Shown: positions 28,268 to 38,702, counted from the stretch's first letter. The stretch is 59,673 bases of DNA from Candidatus Bipolaricaulia bacterium (GCA_042219045.1 JBDGQO010000030.1:1-59673); one strand, 5' to 3'. The notes: generated by a model from the sequence alone, not told the origin. Translations and numbers: made by a program.

Positions 28268-29271
28268 CGGAGCCACTGAAGTGGGGGATTCTCAGCACGG
28301 CCAACATCGCCTCGAAGGCGCTCGTGCCCGCGTTACACGAGACCGAGGTCGCTCAACTGACGGCTGTGGCGAGTCGGGACGAAGCGAAGGCTCGACAATG
28401 GGCTGACGAGCACGGTATTGCACGGGCACACGGCAGCTACGACGCGCTGTTGGACGATGCCGAGATCGGCGCCGTCTACAACCCGCTGCCGAACCATCTC
28501 CACAAGGAATGGACGATCAAGGCGGCCGACGCCGGCAAGCACGTGCTCTGCGAGAAGCCGCTCGGGCTAAATGCTGATGAGTGCCGCGACATGATCAGGG
28601 CGTGTCAGCGCAACGACGTCGTGCTGATGGAAGCGTTCATGTATCGCTATCACGCGCAGTTCCGTCGACTGCGGGGGCTCGTCGAAGACGGCGCTGTCGG
28701 CGAACCTGCGCTCGTGCGAGCGTCGTTCAGTTTCCCCTTGGCGTCCTTCGATCGACCGGACAACATCCGTTGGCAGCCCGATATGGGCGGGGGCAGCCTC
28801 ATGGACGTCGGCTGCTACTGCGTCAACGTGGCACGGGCGCTCTTCGACGCTGAGCCGATACGCGCCTACGCCCGGTCGTTCGAGCATCCCGATTTTCCTG
28901 GTGTCGATGCCCAACTTCAGGGCATGCTGGAGTTTCCCGATGATCGGTTCGCGCTCGTCGACTCGAGTTTTCGCCTCAACGCGCAGCAGACGATCGAAAT
29001 CAGCGGACCCGATGGCCTCATTCGTGCCAACGGACTTTTCAATCCGCCGATCCCGAACGTCTATCTGGAGATCGCCGAGGGGACCGACTTGCGGACCGAG
29101 ACGTTCGATCCGCGATACCGCTTCCATCGTCAAGTCGAGCACTTCACGGCGTGCGTTCGCGAGGGTCGAACGCCGGAGACGGATGGGGCCCATGCGATCG
29201 GCAACATGAAGACGATCGAGGCGCTGTCGACATCAGCGCAAACGGGGAAGCCTGTCGAGATTGCTGGCTAA
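28264..29271 (+). CDS. Gfo/Idh/MocA family oxidoreductase
   Basis: WGILSTANIA, YNPLPNHLH, CEKP, GGGSLMDVGCY. Confidence 0.93.
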   Translation: MTEPLKWGILSTANIASKALVPALHETEVAQLTAVASRDEAKARQWADEHGIARAHGSYDALLDDAEIGAVYNPLPNHLHKEWTIKAADAGKHVLCEKPLGLNADECRDMIRACQRNDVVLMEAFMYRYHAQFRRLRGLVEDGAVGEPALVRASFSFPLASFDRPDNIRWQPDMGGGSLMDVGCYCVNVARALFDAEPIRAYARSFEHPDFPGVDAQLQGMLEFPDDRFALVDSSFRLNAQQTIEISGPDGLIRANGLFNPPIPNVYLEIAEGTDLRTETFDPRYRFHRQVEHFTACVREGRTPETDGAHAIGNMKTIEALSTSAQTGKPVEIAG

Positions 29272-29323
29272 GAGCCCCTACCAAAACCGGAGGCCGAATG
29301 CGTCGCCAACGATGGGCCGCGCC

Positions 29324-30646
29324 TCAGTCGGTCAGCTGATCGAACACGACCGTGCCGTCTTTGATCACCATGCGCACTTGGCGCGTCTGGGCAATGTCGT
29401 CCAACGGGTTGCCGGCCACAATCGTTAGGTCAGCGAGCTTACGCGGCTCAACCGTGCCCAGGTCGTCGCCTTCCAGCCACCGAGCGGCGTTGCGCGTGGC
29501 GGCCTGGATCGCCTCCTTCGACGTCATGCCCGACTCGACGAGAAGCTCGAGCTCACGATGCAGACTCGGTCCGAACTTCAGGCCCGGATTGCCCACGTCC
29601 GTGCCCGCGACGATCGTGACGCCCGCCTGATCGAGGGCCTTGACGGTCGCTTGAGCCTCCTTCAATACTTCCGTTGGCCGATCCGTCAGCTCCACTTGCG
29701 CCTCGATCACCGACAACGTCGGATCGTACGCAACGTTGCGCTCACTAAGGAGCTGGATGGTCTCTTCGGATAACGACTCCCCATTGGTCACGCCGTGCTC
29801 GATGCCGTCGGCGCCGAGTTCGACAACATCGCGAACTTCGCTCGGCGTGCTGGTGTGTACCGTTACCTTAAGTCCTTGCGCGTGGGCTTCGTCGATAATG
29901 GCTTTCAACACCTGCGGGTCGAGTCGGGGAAGTTCGTTCTGAGGCCCACCTGCTTCGTAGATGGCCTTGATGAAGTCCACGCCGCCTTGAGCCAAGGCCT
30001 GAACCTCTTGGCGGGCACGCTTCGGATCGTCCACTTGGCGCGCTGCGTTTTCGATCAAATAGTCGTTGCCCTGATAGATGGTCGACACGGGATGGCCGCC
30101 CGGCGCGGTGAAGACAGGACCGGCGGCGAAGACCCGGGGCCCGCCCAGGTTGGCGTTTGCGATCGACCGTTTGACGTTCACGATCCAGGGATAGACGTCC
30201 CCAACGCTTTTGATTGAGGTCACCCCGTTCTGGATGAACGCGCGTCGGTGACTGGGAAACATGCGAGCTGTCCGCCAAATAATCGATGGGATCGAGACGT
30301 TTTGATAAGCCTCGTAGCTCGGGGCTTCGGGCACCCCAAAGTGGACGTGGCTATCGATCAGCCCCGGCAACACCGTCATGCCCGCGAGATCGCGGACTTT
30401 AGCGTTGTCGGGAATCTCGACATTACTCGCCGGCCCGACGGCCTGGATGCGTTCGTTTCGAACGAGGATGGTGGCGTTCGCCAAGGGCTCACCATGGGTG
30501 CCGTCGACCAACCGAGCGCCGGTGAGCGCGAGCGTGCCGTCATGAGGAGACGGGGCTGGATAGCGCCCGCTTTGGAATGCGATCAAGCCAATGAGCACCG
30601 TTCCCGCCAACAGCGCACCGACGATGAGCATGATCCGTCCAAGCAT
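29324..30646 (-). CDS. Membrane-anchored amidohydrolase family protein
   Basis: N-terminal TM; PGLIDSHVH, DFIK, VTVH, IEHG, AGTD, KLADL. Confidence 0.9.
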   Translation of the reverse strand: MLGRIMLIVGALLAGTVLIGLIAFQSGRYPAPSPHDGTLALTGARLVDGTHGEPLANATILVRNERIQAVGPASNVEIPDNAKVRDLAGMTVLPGLIDSHVHFGVPEAPSYEAYQNVSIPSIIWRTARMFPSHRRAFIQNGVTSIKSVGDVYPWIVNVKRSIANANLGGPRVFAAGPVFTAPGGHPVSTIYQGNDYLIENAARQVDDPKRARQEVQALAQGGVDFIKAIYEAGGPQNELPRLDPQVLKAIIDEAHAQGLKVTVHTSTPSEVRDVVELGADGIEHGVTNGESLSEETIQLLSERNVAYDPTLSVIEAQVELTDRPTEVLKEAQATVKALDQAGVTIVAGTDVGNPGLKFGPSLHRELELLVESGMTSKEAIQAATRNAARWLEGDDLGTVEPRKLADLTIVAGNPLDDIAQTRQVRMVIKDGTVVFDQLTD

Positions 30647-30667
30647 AGCATCGCCTCCCAGCTACGA

Positions 30668-30933
30668 AGAGCGTCTAACAAAATTCTTGAACCCGGTTGA
30701 GCAACACGAGCACGGAGCCCGGCTCGAGGACCCCTTCATGGGGTCGGCACGCCGTTCATCGCAAACGCGGAGCCATTCGCTAGCGGTTGAACCAGGCGAA
30801 CGTCCGCCCTCCGGCCTCGGCGACGCCGGCGGCAGCAGCGGCTCGATCTCCGCCCCCAGCTCGCCCGGCCGTGACGGGTTCGCCATAGCGGAACCCGCGT
30901 ATCATCTCATCCGCCGGTCTTGTTAAGGGCGCT
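30668..30933 (-). mobile_element. Internally deleted, decayed IS5-family element (MITE-like remnant)
   Basis: Imperfect terminal IRs (30668-30683 and 30918-30933); transposase N-terminus AEIEPLLPP..PRPEGGR joined to frameshifted C-terminus RTFAWFNR / LRV.DERRAD / LNR..FC. Confidence 0.75.
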
Positions 30934-31011
30934 AATATCCGGCCGTCAACAGATAGATCGAAAATCAATGGATTCGGCAATGTGGGCGCGGGCACCCCAT
31001 CTGATAATCCG

Positions 31012-32184
31012 TTACTGATCCGTCGACAGTTCCGCCACATCGACGAACGTGCGCTCCTCGGCAGACGCCAGAATGGCATCCGTGACGAGTGCGGCGCGAT
31101 AGCCGTCTTCGAACGTTGCGCCGTCGGGCCCCACGGGTCGAACGTGGACGATGCACTCGAGCAGATGGGCGATCTCGTGCACGAACGTGTGCTCCCAGCC
31201 GAGGATGTGTCCGCGCGGCCACCAGTGTTCCAACCAGGGATGATGGTCCTCGGTGATGAGCGCGTTATGGAAGCCGTGTGTCTCAGCTGAATCCTCATCT
31301 TCCCAGTAGACATTCAGCTCGTTGAGTCGTTCCAGGTTGAACTCGACGCTGCCGTTTTCGCCATTGATCTCAATCACTTGATGGTTCTTCCGGCCGGAGG
31401 CGACGCGGCTGGCTTCCAGCGTGCCGATGGCACCGTCCGCGAACTCGATCGCGGCCGTGAACGCGTCGTCGACGCTGACCCGACCTCGGCCGGACCCATC
31501 TGCCCAAGGCCGCTCGGTCGTGAACGTCTGGGTTAACGCGCCGACGCGCGTGATCTCGCCCACCAGGAATCGAGCCAGATCGATAATGTGCGCGCCGAGG
31601 TCGCCAAGCGCTCCGCTACCCGCGGTCTCGCGCTGGTGGCGCCAGGTCATGGGATGGGCGGAGCTCACGAGCGACTCCTGCAGATAGCGGCCGCGAAAGT
31701 GATAGATGCGGCCCAATGCCCCGCTCCGGATGAGATCGCGGGCTTGGCGCAGCGCCGGCACGAAGCGATAGTTGAATCCCGTCATGTGCTTTACATTGGC
31801 CCGCTCGGCGGCGTCCCACATCGCCTTCGCTTCGTCGGCGTCCCGAGCCAACGGCTTCTCACAAAGAACATGCTTTCCCGCTTCGGCGGCCGCGATGGAC
31901 GGCTCGGCATGGAGGTGGTTCGGCCCGACGTTGTCGAGAAGTTGGATGTCATCGTCCGCGAGCAACTCGCGCCAGTCGGTGTAGGCGTGCGCGTAGCCGT
32001 AGCGTTCGGCGGCGTGTTGAACGGCCGATTCGTCTCGGCCCGCGATGCCGATGAGTTGAGGAAACGCCGGCGGCGACGCCCAGATATAGCCCAGTTTCTT
32101 GAACGCATTCGTATGCGCTTTGCCCATGAAGGCGTAGCCGAGCATGCCAACACCAATGTTGGGAATCGCCGACCGGTTGGTCAT
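31012..32184 (-). CDS. Gfo/Idh/MocA family sugar dehydrogenase
   Basis: GYAFMGKAH, CEKPLA, GFNYRF, GALGDLGAH, WWP.GH.LGWEH. Confidence 0.92.
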   Translation of the reverse strand: MTNRSAIPNIGVGMLGYAFMGKAHTNAFKKLGYIWASPPAFPQLIGIAGRDESAVQHAAERYGYAHAYTDWRELLADDDIQLLDNVGPNHLHAEPSIAAAEAGKHVLCEKPLARDADEAKAMWDAAERANVKHMTGFNYRFVPALRQARDLIRSGALGRIYHFRGRYLQESLVSSAHPMTWRHQRETAGSGALGDLGAHIIDLARFLVGEITRVGALTQTFTTERPWADGSGRGRVSVDDAFTAAIEFADGAIGTLEASRVASGRKNHQVIEINGENGSVEFNLERLNELNVYWEDEDSAETHGFHNALITEDHHPWLEHWWPRGHILGWEHTFVHEIAHLLECIVHVRPVGPDGATFEDGYRAALVTDAILASAEERTFVDVAELSTDQ

Positions 32185-32399
32185 GAGTTGCCCCCTCGCT
32201 TTCCGGATTTACAGGCCACTGCACAAGTCGAGTCAACCGACGGTCGACATGTTGGCCCCACCGACAGCAACTGACTTAACCGGACTTTCGCGGTGATCAG
32301 TACCATGTCTGATCGTCGACAGCGCGTCGACGCCGAGTGTATGCTACCTTCGTCGACGGCACCAAGCAGGGCATCGCTCATCCTCCGGGAGGGATACAC

Positions 32400-33128
32400 G
32401 TGACGTTTGACGGGAAAGTAACGGTAGTGACGGGCGCCAGCACGGGCGTCGGGCTTGAAGTTGCCAGGCAGTTTGCTCAAGGCGGCAGCGACATCGTCTT
32501 GGCCGCTCGAACAGCCGACGATCTGCAAACAGCTCAGGCGGAGATCGAAAACGTCGGCGTTGATGGGCTCTCGGTCCCGACCGATGTCAGCGACCGAGAG
32601 CAATGTTTCGCCCTCATCGAACAGACGACGGAACGCTTCGGACGCATCGACGTCCTCGTCAACAATGCCGGCATCGGGCTCTACAAGCCCGTCGAGGACG
32701 TCGTGCCCGAGGACCTCGACAAAGCGCTGTCCGTCAACTTCCGCGGGGCCATGTACTGTGCTCAGGCCGCTTATCATCAGATGCGTGAGCAGGGATCCGG
32801 CCATATCATCAACGTGGCCTCCATTGCGGGCAAGACGGGGCTGCCGGGAGAGAGTGCCTACAATGCGTCAAAGTTCGCCATGGTCGGTTTCGGGCAAAGT
32901 CTTAAAAAAGAGGCAATCCACCACGGCGTCCGCGTCGACAACCTCTGCCCCGGCGGCATCGACACGCCGTTCTGGGACAAAGTCCCGAACCAGCCGGACA
33001 CGTCCAACTTTCTGACGGCCGACGACGTCGCGGGGTTGGTTGTCTACGTGGCGAGCACATCCGAGCGCATGGTCTTCGACGACATCACGGTCAACCCGAA
33101 GAAGGAGTTCATCGATCGCTTCGCCTGA
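32400..33128 (+). CDS. Short-chain dehydrogenase/reductase
   Basis: TGASTGVG, NNAG, YNASK; GTG start after GGAGGG. Confidence 0.92.
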   Translation: MTFDGKVTVVTGASTGVGLEVARQFAQGGSDIVLAARTADDLQTAQAEIENVGVDGLSVPTDVSDREQCFALIEQTTERFGRIDVLVNNAGIGLYKPVEDVVPEDLDKALSVNFRGAMYCAQAAYHQMREQGSGHIINVASIAGKTGLPGESAYNASKFAMVGFGQSLKKEAIHHGVRVDNLCPGGIDTPFWDKVPNQPDTSNFLTADDVAGLVVYVASTSERMVFDDITVNPKKEFIDRFA

Positions 33129-33162
33129 GCTAGGCCTGCTAACGTTTTAACGATAAGCTCAG

Positions 33163-35838
33163 CTAATGGTCGAAGATCTCGCGAACTGAGGCTCGGGTGG
33201 CTTCGAGGGCTTGCTGCAAGTTGTCGGGATGGGGCCCACCGCCTTGGGCAAACTGGGGATTGCCGCCGCCCTTGCCGCCGACCCGTTCCGCCGCCTCACG
33301 CACGAGATCGCCCGCCCGAATCCGGTCCGTCAGCGCGTCGCTCACTTTGCAGATGACAACGGCCTTGTCAGCTTGCCCACTCCCCAGCAACACGATGCCC
33401 GGTCGGAGTTTGTCCTCGAGGAGATCGGCCAGCTCCTTGAGGGCGTCGCCGTCGAGGTCAGCTTGGGCGGCGATCACCGTGACATCGCCGACATGCTCGC
33501 TCCGTTCGAGGAGCGCGTCGCGGGTCTGCTGGAGCTCAACGTGCTGGAGTCGCTCCACTTCCTTCTCGAGCGATTTCCGTTGTTCGAGCAATGCGTCGAG
33601 CTTCGCCCCGACCTCGTCCTCGGCGGCATCCAACTTGGCGCTCATCTTGTGCAGACGCTGCTCCTTCTCGAGCAGATAGTTGAACAGGTTCTCCCCCGTG
33701 GCGACATAGACGCGGCGGACGCCGGCCGAAACGCCCTCTTCGCGGGTGATCTTGAACATCCCGATCTCGCCCGAGCGATCGACGTGCGTGCCGCCGCAGA
33801 GCTCGATGCTGAAGGGGTCGTCGGACCCGTTCGCGTCGGGAATCGCCACAACGCGGACTTGATCCCGGCCCTGATAGTCTTCGGGAAAAAGCGCCATGGC
33901 GCCCTTGGCTTTGGCATCCGTCAACGGCTCGTAGGCGACCTCGACGGGTCGGTCGTCCAGGATGACTGCGTTGGCCATGTCCTCGACCTGGCGGATCTCG
34001 TCGTCGCTGAGCCCTTCCAGATGCGTAAAGTCGAAGCGGAGCTCGTCGGGCGCCACGCGCGACCCGGCCTGAATGCCTCCCGCATAGCCGAGGACCTTGC
34101 GCAGCGCGGCGTGGAGGATGTGGGTCGCGGTATGGTTACGCTGGGTGGCCAGCCGGCGATCCACGTCGATCGAGAGGGCACATTCGTCCCCGACCGCCAA
34201 CGAGCCTTGGGTCACCTTGATGCGGTGGTAGGGAATGCCGACCTGAGTCTTCTGCACGTCGAGCACTTGCGCCTTGCCCCCGTCCCAGACGACGCTACCC
34301 GTGTCGGCGACTTGCCCGCCGCCTTCGGGATAGAACGGGGATCGCTCCACGACGAGGAGGGCTTCCTCGCCCACCTCGGCGGCGTCGATCGAATGGCCGT
34401 CTGAATTGGCCAAATGGACGACCTTGGAGCTGCACGCCAGGCTCGTGGGGTCGGACTCGCACTTCCGTTGCGGGACCTCGAGCATGAGATGGGGGTGGGC
34501 CGTGCCCTTGGTGCCGGCTGCCGACCGCTCCCGCTGCTTGTCCATCTCCCGTTCAAACCCTTGTCGATCGACAGATAACCCGTGTTCCTGCGCGATGTCT
34601 TCGACGATCTGGATGTGGAAGCCGTGCGTGTCGTGCAGGAAGAACGCTTCCTCGCCCGCGATGACGCTTTCATTCTGGGCCTTCTTATCTTGGATGAGAT
34701 CGTCGATGTAGCTCATGCCCGTCTCGAACGTGCGGGCGAAGCGCTGCTCCTCCTGCTGGACGGCTTTGACGATGAAGTCGCGGCGTTGCGGCAGCTCCGC
34801 GTAGAAGTGGCCCATCTCGTCGATGACGGTCTCGACGACGTGGCCGAGGAACGGACTCTGCAAGCCGAGCTGCTTGCCAAAGCGAATCGCCCGGCGAATG
34901 AGCATGCGCAGGATGTAGCTGCGCTCCTCGTTGCCCGGGACGACGCCGTCGGCAATCAGAAACGTCATCGCGCGCCCGTGATCGGCCAGCACGCGGTACG
35001 GGATGGGCCGGTCGTTCATGTCAGCGTTGCTGTGGCCGGCCAGCTGGCGGACGTTCTCCATCAGCGGCTCGAAGATGTCGGTGTCGTAGTTGGTGGTGCC
35101 GTTCTGCAGCACCGCCGCAATGCGCTCAAAGCCCATGCCCGTATCGACGCATGGGGCCGACAGGTCCGACGTCTCTCCGCCCTCGTCGGTGTGGTACTGC
35201 ATAAAGACGAGGTTCCAGATCTCCCAGAAGCGATCGCAGTCCGCTTCCACGGAGGCGGTGTACGGCGTGCATCGGCCGTTGTAGGAACACGTGCACCGCT
35301 CGACGCCCCGATCGTAGAAGATCTCTGAGCACGGCCCGTTCGGGCCCGTGTCCCCCATGGACCACCAGTTCTCGCTCGCGGGCAGCCGGCCGATGCGCTC
35401 GTCCGGAACGCCCGTGATCTCGCTCCAGAGCCGGGCGGCCTCGTCGTCGTCCTCGTAGACGGTCGGCCAGAGCTGCCCGGGATCCAGCTCGAGCCGGTTG
35501 AGCAGGAAATCCCAAGCGTATTCGATCGCGCCCGACTTGAAGTAATCACCGAAGGAGAAGTTGCCGAGCATCTCAAAGAACGTGTGGTGCCGCGGGCTCG
35601 GTCCCACCTCCTCGATGTCGTTGTGTTTTCCGCTCACCCGCAGGCACTTCTGGGCAGTCGCCGCGCGGGAATAGGAGCGCTGGTCCAATCCGAGAAAGGC
35701 GTTTTTGAACTGGACCATGCCGGCGTTGACGAACAGGAGCGAAGGGTCATCGGGCACGAGCGGCGAGCTCTCCACGACCGTATGGCCGTTGTCGTCGAAA
35801 AAGTTCAGAAAGGCTTGGCGGATTTCGGCAGCGCGCAT
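33163..35838 (-). CDS. alaS: Alanine--tRNA ligase
   Basis: LLFVNAGM, FFEMLGNFSFGDYFK, DTGMGFER, NHTATH, ELCGGTHV, GKGGG. Confidence 0.98.
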   Translation of the reverse strand: MRAAEIRQAFLNFFDDNGHTVVESSPLVPDDPSLLFVNAGMVQFKNAFLGLDQRSYSRAATAQKCLRVSGKHNDIEEVGPSPRHHTFFEMLGNFSFGDYFKSGAIEYAWDFLLNRLELDPGQLWPTVYEDDDEAARLWSEITGVPDERIGRLPASENWWSMGDTGPNGPCSEIFYDRGVERCTCSYNGRCTPYTASVEADCDRFWEIWNLVFMQYHTDEGGETSDLSAPCVDTGMGFERIAAVLQNGTTNYDTDIFEPLMENVRQLAGHSNADMNDRPIPYRVLADHGRAMTFLIADGVVPGNEERSYILRMLIRRAIRFGKQLGLQSPFLGHVVETVIDEMGHFYAELPQRRDFIVKAVQQEEQRFARTFETGMSYIDDLIQDKKAQNESVIAGEEAFFLHDTHGFHIQIVEDIAQEHGLSVDRQGFEREMDKQRERSAAGTKGTAHPHLMLEVPQRKCESDPTSLACSSKVVHLANSDGHSIDAAEVGEEALLVVERSPFYPEGGGQVADTGSVVWDGGKAQVLDVQKTQVGIPYHRIKVTQGSLAVGDECALSIDVDRRLATQRNHTATHILHAALRKVLGYAGGIQAGSRVAPDELRFDFTHLEGLSDDEIRQVEDMANAVILDDRPVEVAYEPLTDAKAKGAMALFPEDYQGRDQVRVVAIPDANGSDDPFSIELCGGTHVDRSGEIGMFKITREEGVSAGVRRVYVATGENLFNYLLEKEQRLHKMSAKLDAAEDEVGAKLDALLEQRKSLEKEVERLQHVELQQTRDALLERSEHVGDVTVIAAQADLDGDALKELADLLEDKLRPGIVLLGSGQADKAVVICKVSDALTDRIRAGDLVREAAERVGGKGGGNPQFAQGGGPHPDNLQQALEATRASVREIFDH

Positions 35839-36056
35839 TGTCTTCAACTACTGCAAGCCCCCTATCTGTTGTGCGCGTCCCGGCCTGCAAGGACGGCAAC
35901 TCAGCTGCTCCAATCGTCAATTGCAGCTTCTGGATGGGTCAATTCTAGGCGTGGGCTCAGTGGGCTGCAACGGCGGGTCGTTGACGGGCCGCTCGCCCGT
36001 GACGTAGGCTGAGTTGTTCGATAACCATCCCGACGACGCACATCCGAGGAGGCCGA

Positions 36057-37121
36057 ATGGACGAGCGATCGATGGACTTTCTGAAGCGGTTGATGGGCAC
36101 GATCAGCCCGTCAGGGGCTGAGCAAGAGGGCGCCCGCGTCTGGCGCGAGGAGGCCGACACGTTTGCCGAGAAGGTCTGGGGCGACTCGCACGGCAACAGC
36201 TTTGCGATGCTCAACGAAGGCGGCAGCCCACGCGTCATGTTCGCCGGCCACGTCGACGAGATCGGTTTGATGGTCACGCACATCGACGACAACGGGTTCC
36301 TCTACGTGCAAACCATCGGCGGGTGGGACCCGCAGATCCTGCCTGGCCAACGCGTCCACCTCCGAACCCGGCACGGCGACATCACCGGGGTCCTCGGCAA
36401 GAAGCCGATCCACCTCATCGACAAGGATGAGCGCGACAAGGCGGTCAAGGTCGAGGACGTGTGGATCGACATCGGGGCGAACGACAAGGATGAGGCCCAA
36501 GGCCTCGTTCGGATCGGCGACACGGGCGTCATCCAATACGGGTTCGAGGAGCTGCGCAATGGATTGTTGGTCTCACGCGGCTTCGACGATCGGGTGGGCG
36601 CGTTTGTCGTCCTCGAAGCGGCCCGTCGCTTGGCCGACATGAGCCCGAGTGCCGAGGTTATCGCGGTCGGCACGGCCCAGGAGGAAGTCGGCCTGCGCGG
36701 AGCGCAGACGAGCACGTTCGGCCTCGCCCCGGACGTCGGTGTGGCTGTGGACGTCGGATTTGCGAGCGATTTCCCCACGATGGAGGAAATGAAGAAGAAG
36801 GTCGGCGACGTCAAACTCGGCCACGGGCCCATGATCGCCCGAGGGCCGAACATCAATCCCGTCGTCTACGATCACTTCGTCCGCACGGCCGATGCCAACG
36901 ACATTCCCTGGCAGCCGAACGGCGAGCCCCGCGGCACGGGGACCGACGCCAACGCGATCCAGCTCTCGCGAGCCGGCGTGGCCACGCAACTCATCGGGTT
37001 GCCCAATCGCTACATGCACACGCCCGGCGAGCTCGTCCATGCCGACGACTTGACGCACAGCGCTCAATTGATCGCACACACGGTCGCCGGCTTCGACGCG
37101 GACATCGACTTGACCGCCTGA
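36057..37121 (+). CDS. M42 family aminopeptidase
   Basis: GHVDEIG, DDRVG, QEEVGLRGA, GTDA, RYMHTP. Confidence 0.95.
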   Translation: MDERSMDFLKRLMGTISPSGAEQEGARVWREEADTFAEKVWGDSHGNSFAMLNEGGSPRVMFAGHVDEIGLMVTHIDDNGFLYVQTIGGWDPQILPGQRVHLRTRHGDITGVLGKKPIHLIDKDERDKAVKVEDVWIDIGANDKDEAQGLVRIGDTGVIQYGFEELRNGLLVSRGFDDRVGAFVVLEAARRLADMSPSAEVIAVGTAQEEVGLRGAQTSTFGLAPDVGVAVDVGFASDFPTMEEMKKKVGDVKLGHGPMIARGPNINPVVYDHFVRTADANDIPWQPNGEPRGTGTDANAIQLSRAGVATQLIGLPNRYMHTPGELVHADDLTHSAQLIAHTVAGFDADIDLTA

Positions 37122-37331
37122 CCTCAACGTCAACCCATTGCCCGACGGCAAACGGGCGGTTTGCAGACGTCGAGTCGCGAGCCGTCCGTCCCCGTTGAGA
37201 CGCCGTTTCTTGGTTTGAGATGTCCCCTGGCTGGCTGGTGAGCGACGGAAGGCTGTCGGACGACCCATCGAACGCCGGTTAACATGGACAGAGGGGACTC
37301 AAGAGTCGACCTCTAGAAGGGGGCATTTACC

Positions 37332-38174
37332 ATGACTCGATCACACGCCGCGCGGTGGATCTTGACGGCGCTGGTCGTGTCACTCGCTTTGACGTTTGGT
37401 GTCGAGGCTCAGGACAGCGGCCACAGTCAGACCCGGCCCGCCGTGGAATGGCGCTGGTTCCACAACATGGCGGTCGCGGACGTCAACGCGCAGATTTCAC
37501 AAGGATTCCGTCCCATCGATCTGGAGGTCGAGCGCGTTAACCCGTTCCGTTTCAGCGCGGCATTCGTGGCCAATCAGGGCGCGTACCAACGAACGCTCTG
37601 GTGGTTCTATGGGACGCCCAACTTCGTTCTGGGCAAGGCCAACGTGAACGACGCGCGGATCATCGACATCGAACGGTACCAACGAGAGGGAGAAACGCGC
37701 TCCCTGGCTATCATGGTTAGACGACGGGTCGATTGGGACTTCCGACCGGAAGTTTCCCTGAAATCGATCCTCGACACGGCCGCCCATCAACACCTACGCG
37801 TGATCGACCTGGAGCCTCGGACAATGATCGGTCAATCCGCGTTTGACGCGGTCATGACCGACAACACGGGGTCGAATCACACGAGTTGGTGGCTCTACAC
37901 GGGACAGACCGCAACCGAGATCAACGACAAGACCCAGCAGCATCAGGCCCGGCTGATCGATATCGAGGTGGAATCCGGGAACACGTTCATGGCCATCATG
38001 CAGCAGCCGAAGGGCCCGAACGAGGCGGGCTCCTTTTGGTGGTACTACGGCCTGAGCGAAGCGGAGGTCAACCAGAAAGCCCGTCAGCATGCAGGCCGGG
38101 TCACCGACGTCGAGACGTATCGCGTCAACGGCCAGAAGCGCTTTGCGGTCATTCTGCTGCAGAACGGGCGCTAG
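37332..38174 (+). CDS. Secreted protein built of about five ~50-aa tandem repeats (BTRD1/polyglycine-hydrolase-repeat-like)
   Basis: Signal peptide; repeated WW.Y.G....E.N......R.ID.E.....F..I. Confidence 0.7.
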   Translation: MTRSHAARWILTALVVSLALTFGVEAQDSGHSQTRPAVEWRWFHNMAVADVNAQISQGFRPIDLEVERVNPFRFSAAFVANQGAYQRTLWWFYGTPNFVLGKANVNDARIIDIERYQREGETRSLAIMVRRRVDWDFRPEVSLKSILDTAAHQHLRVIDLEPRTMIGQSAFDAVMTDNTGSNHTSWWLYTGQTATEINDKTQQHQARLIDIEVESGNTFMAIMQQPKGPNEAGSFWWYYGLSEAEVNQKARQHAGRVTDVETYRVNGQKRFAVILLQNGR

Positions 38175-38352
38175 GGTACTCGGCATCTCCGAGACAACGC
38201 GCGCGGCGAGGGAGTTCGCCACCCCGCTCCGTTCGCGGCATGCCCTCAAGCCTAGCCAGCCAAATACGGAAGGAATGGACGCTTTTCGTGCAGGGCTGGT
38301 GGACGGAGGGCGTTGCTTGACGTCCGAGGATGCGTTACCATAACGACGGTTC

Positions 38353-38428
38353 GGCGGCGTAGCTCATTGCGGTTTAGAGCGCCCGTCTCATAAGCGGGAG
38401 GTAGTGGGTTCGACTCCCACCGCCGCCA
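38353..38428 (+). tRNA. tRNA-Met (CAT), probably elongator
   Basis: Acceptor GGCGGCG/CGCCGCC, anticodon arm CCCGT-CTCATAA-GCGGG, GGTTCGA T-loop; paired 1-72; CCA not encoded. Confidence 0.93.
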
Positions 38429-38437
38429 CCCAACAAC

Positions 38438-38513
38438 GGGGACGTAGCTCAGTTGGGAGAGCGCCGCGTTCGCAACGCGGAGGTCGCCGGTTCGAGCCCG
38501 GCCGTCTCCACCA
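38438..38513 (+). tRNA. tRNA-Ala (CGC)
   Basis: GGGGACG/CGTCTCC with G3-U70, anticodon arm CCGCG-TTCGCAA-CGCGG, GGTTCGA, encoded CCA. Confidence 0.96.
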
Positions 38514-38540
38514 GCTCACCACGGCAAATGCCACCCACGA

Positions 38541-38702
38541 TCAATCGCCACAGCCCTCCATGTTGCCACAACGACAGACCTTGTGGCAGCCCACGACAAC
38601 GGCCCACGGCTCATCGCAAATGGGACACCGATCGGGATCCACGGACTGCTGGGTGAGCCGTTCCCACTCCGCTCGATCCAGACCCCGCGCCGGCGAATCC
38701 AT
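38541..38702 (-). CDS. 53-aa Cys-rich zinc-ribbon microprotein
   Basis: CPICDEPWAVVVGCHKVCRCGNMEGCGD C-terminus; ATG at 38702. Confidence 0.7.
   Translation of the reverse strand: MDSPARGLDRAEWERLTQQSVDPDRCPICDEPWAVVVGCHKVCRCGNMEGCGD

Noticed and set aside
38438..38513. tRNA-anchored genomic island
   Set aside because: No integrase, no duplicated tRNA 3' end and no compositional shift seen.
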